A stretch of 34,879 bases of DNA from an uncultured Syntrophomonadaceae bacterium (GTDB lineage Bacteria > Bacillota > Dethiobacteria > PWVN01). Below, one piece after another: positions 34,483 to 34,879 of this stretch. A program made the translations under genes and the position numbers. Under the pieces are notes generated by a model. The model worked only from the letters and a program-made list of their open reading frames with translations. It was not told the DNA's origin and ran no database searches. The first letter of the stretch is position 1. Every line of letters starts with the position of its first letter. Location of the stretch: positions 1-34,879 of the forward strand of contig CAZLTH010000002.1 in NCBI GenBank assembly GCA_964562355.1, in the 5' to 3' direction.

Positions 34483-34875
34483 TTAGTCCCTCCCCGGCAT
34501 TTGACGTAAAATTCGTCTATATAAAAAGTAATCACCACTATGCAGCTGTAGAAATATATAATTTTCAGTAACAGTTAGCCTGCTTTTCTCAATCCCATAA
34601 TTTTCTTTAATATTTTCTATATTTTCTCCCATAGTCACATAATTTCCCCGCACTGCTCCTTCATAGAGAGCAAGATGAATTTTTTGATAAGCCCTAGTCA
34701 AAATATTGTCGGGTGAGTCAATAACTTTAATAGTATAATTTCCGTTATAATTTTCTTGTATCATTGCTTCAAGGTGATAGTAGAAACGTGAAAAATCATC
34801 AATTTTACCTACAGTTATATTTATTTCAAGCTCTCTTCCTTCTTCCTCTGGGTATATTTTTTCGATACCATCCAT
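34483..34875 (-). CDS. Hypothetical protein (130 aa), first gene of the FtsH-paralogue operon
   Basis: Intact ORF whose stop lies 4 nt before the FtsH-like ATG. I recognise no motif. The ATG is 4 nt from the window end, so the RBS and true start cannot be assessed. Confidence 0.5.
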   Translation of the reverse strand: MDGIEKIYPEEEGRELEINITVGKIDDFSRFYYHLEAMIQENYNGNYTIKVIDSPDNILTRAYQKIHLALYEGAVRGNYVTMGENIENIKENYGIEKSRLTVTENYIFLQLHSGDYFLYRRILRQMPGRD

Positions 34876-34879
34876 ATTT

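Overview
This is a densely coding chromosomal segment that looks like a low-GC, endospore-forming Firmicutes/Clostridia genome. Supporting signs are GGAGG-type ribosome-binding sites, frequent TTG/GTG starts and Coat_F spore-coat genes. I saw no transposase, integrase, phage, CRISPR, toxin-antitoxin or recognisable defence genes, and no clear compositional island.

The left 14.2 kb (minus strand) is one co-directional cluster. In transcription order it encodes:
- a PAS/AAA+/Fis enhancer-binding-type regulator
- succinyl-CoA synthetase (sucC, sucD)
- split methylmalonyl-CoA mutase
- methylmalonyl-CoA epimerase
- a 12S-type carboxyltransferase
- thiolase
- 3-hydroxybutyryl-CoA dehydrogenase
- two acyl-CoA dehydrogenases
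- a CobA/CobO-type corrinoid adenosyltransferase
- MeaB (truncated by the window edge)

The remainder is mostly housekeeping:
- RNA and DNA functions: rlmD, mobA, rph-rdgB, tRNA-Trp, ogt, queG, nth.
- Cell wall and amino-acid functions: a FemX-like transferase, yuiD, dat.
- Other: an orphan isopropylmalate/tartrate-dehydrogenase-family gene and a trkA-trkH-nucleotidyltransferase/HD operon.
- Sporulation and membrane: two Coat_F genes and a four-gene membrane operon.

Nothing here is a convincing new defence or mobile system. The items most worth a second look are:
1. The gene-order-equals-pathway-order C4/C3/C5 acyl-CoA cluster, whose regulator has lost the GAFTGA sigma-54 contact loop.
2. Three unusually long, self-complementary or repetitive spacers inside that otherwise tightly packed operon.
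3. A single-chain tandem YfbR-like HD protein with one degenerate and one intact active site.
4. An operon pairing a minimal FtsH paralogue with a polytopic metallophosphoesterase.
5. Perfect palindromes in two divergent promoter regions.
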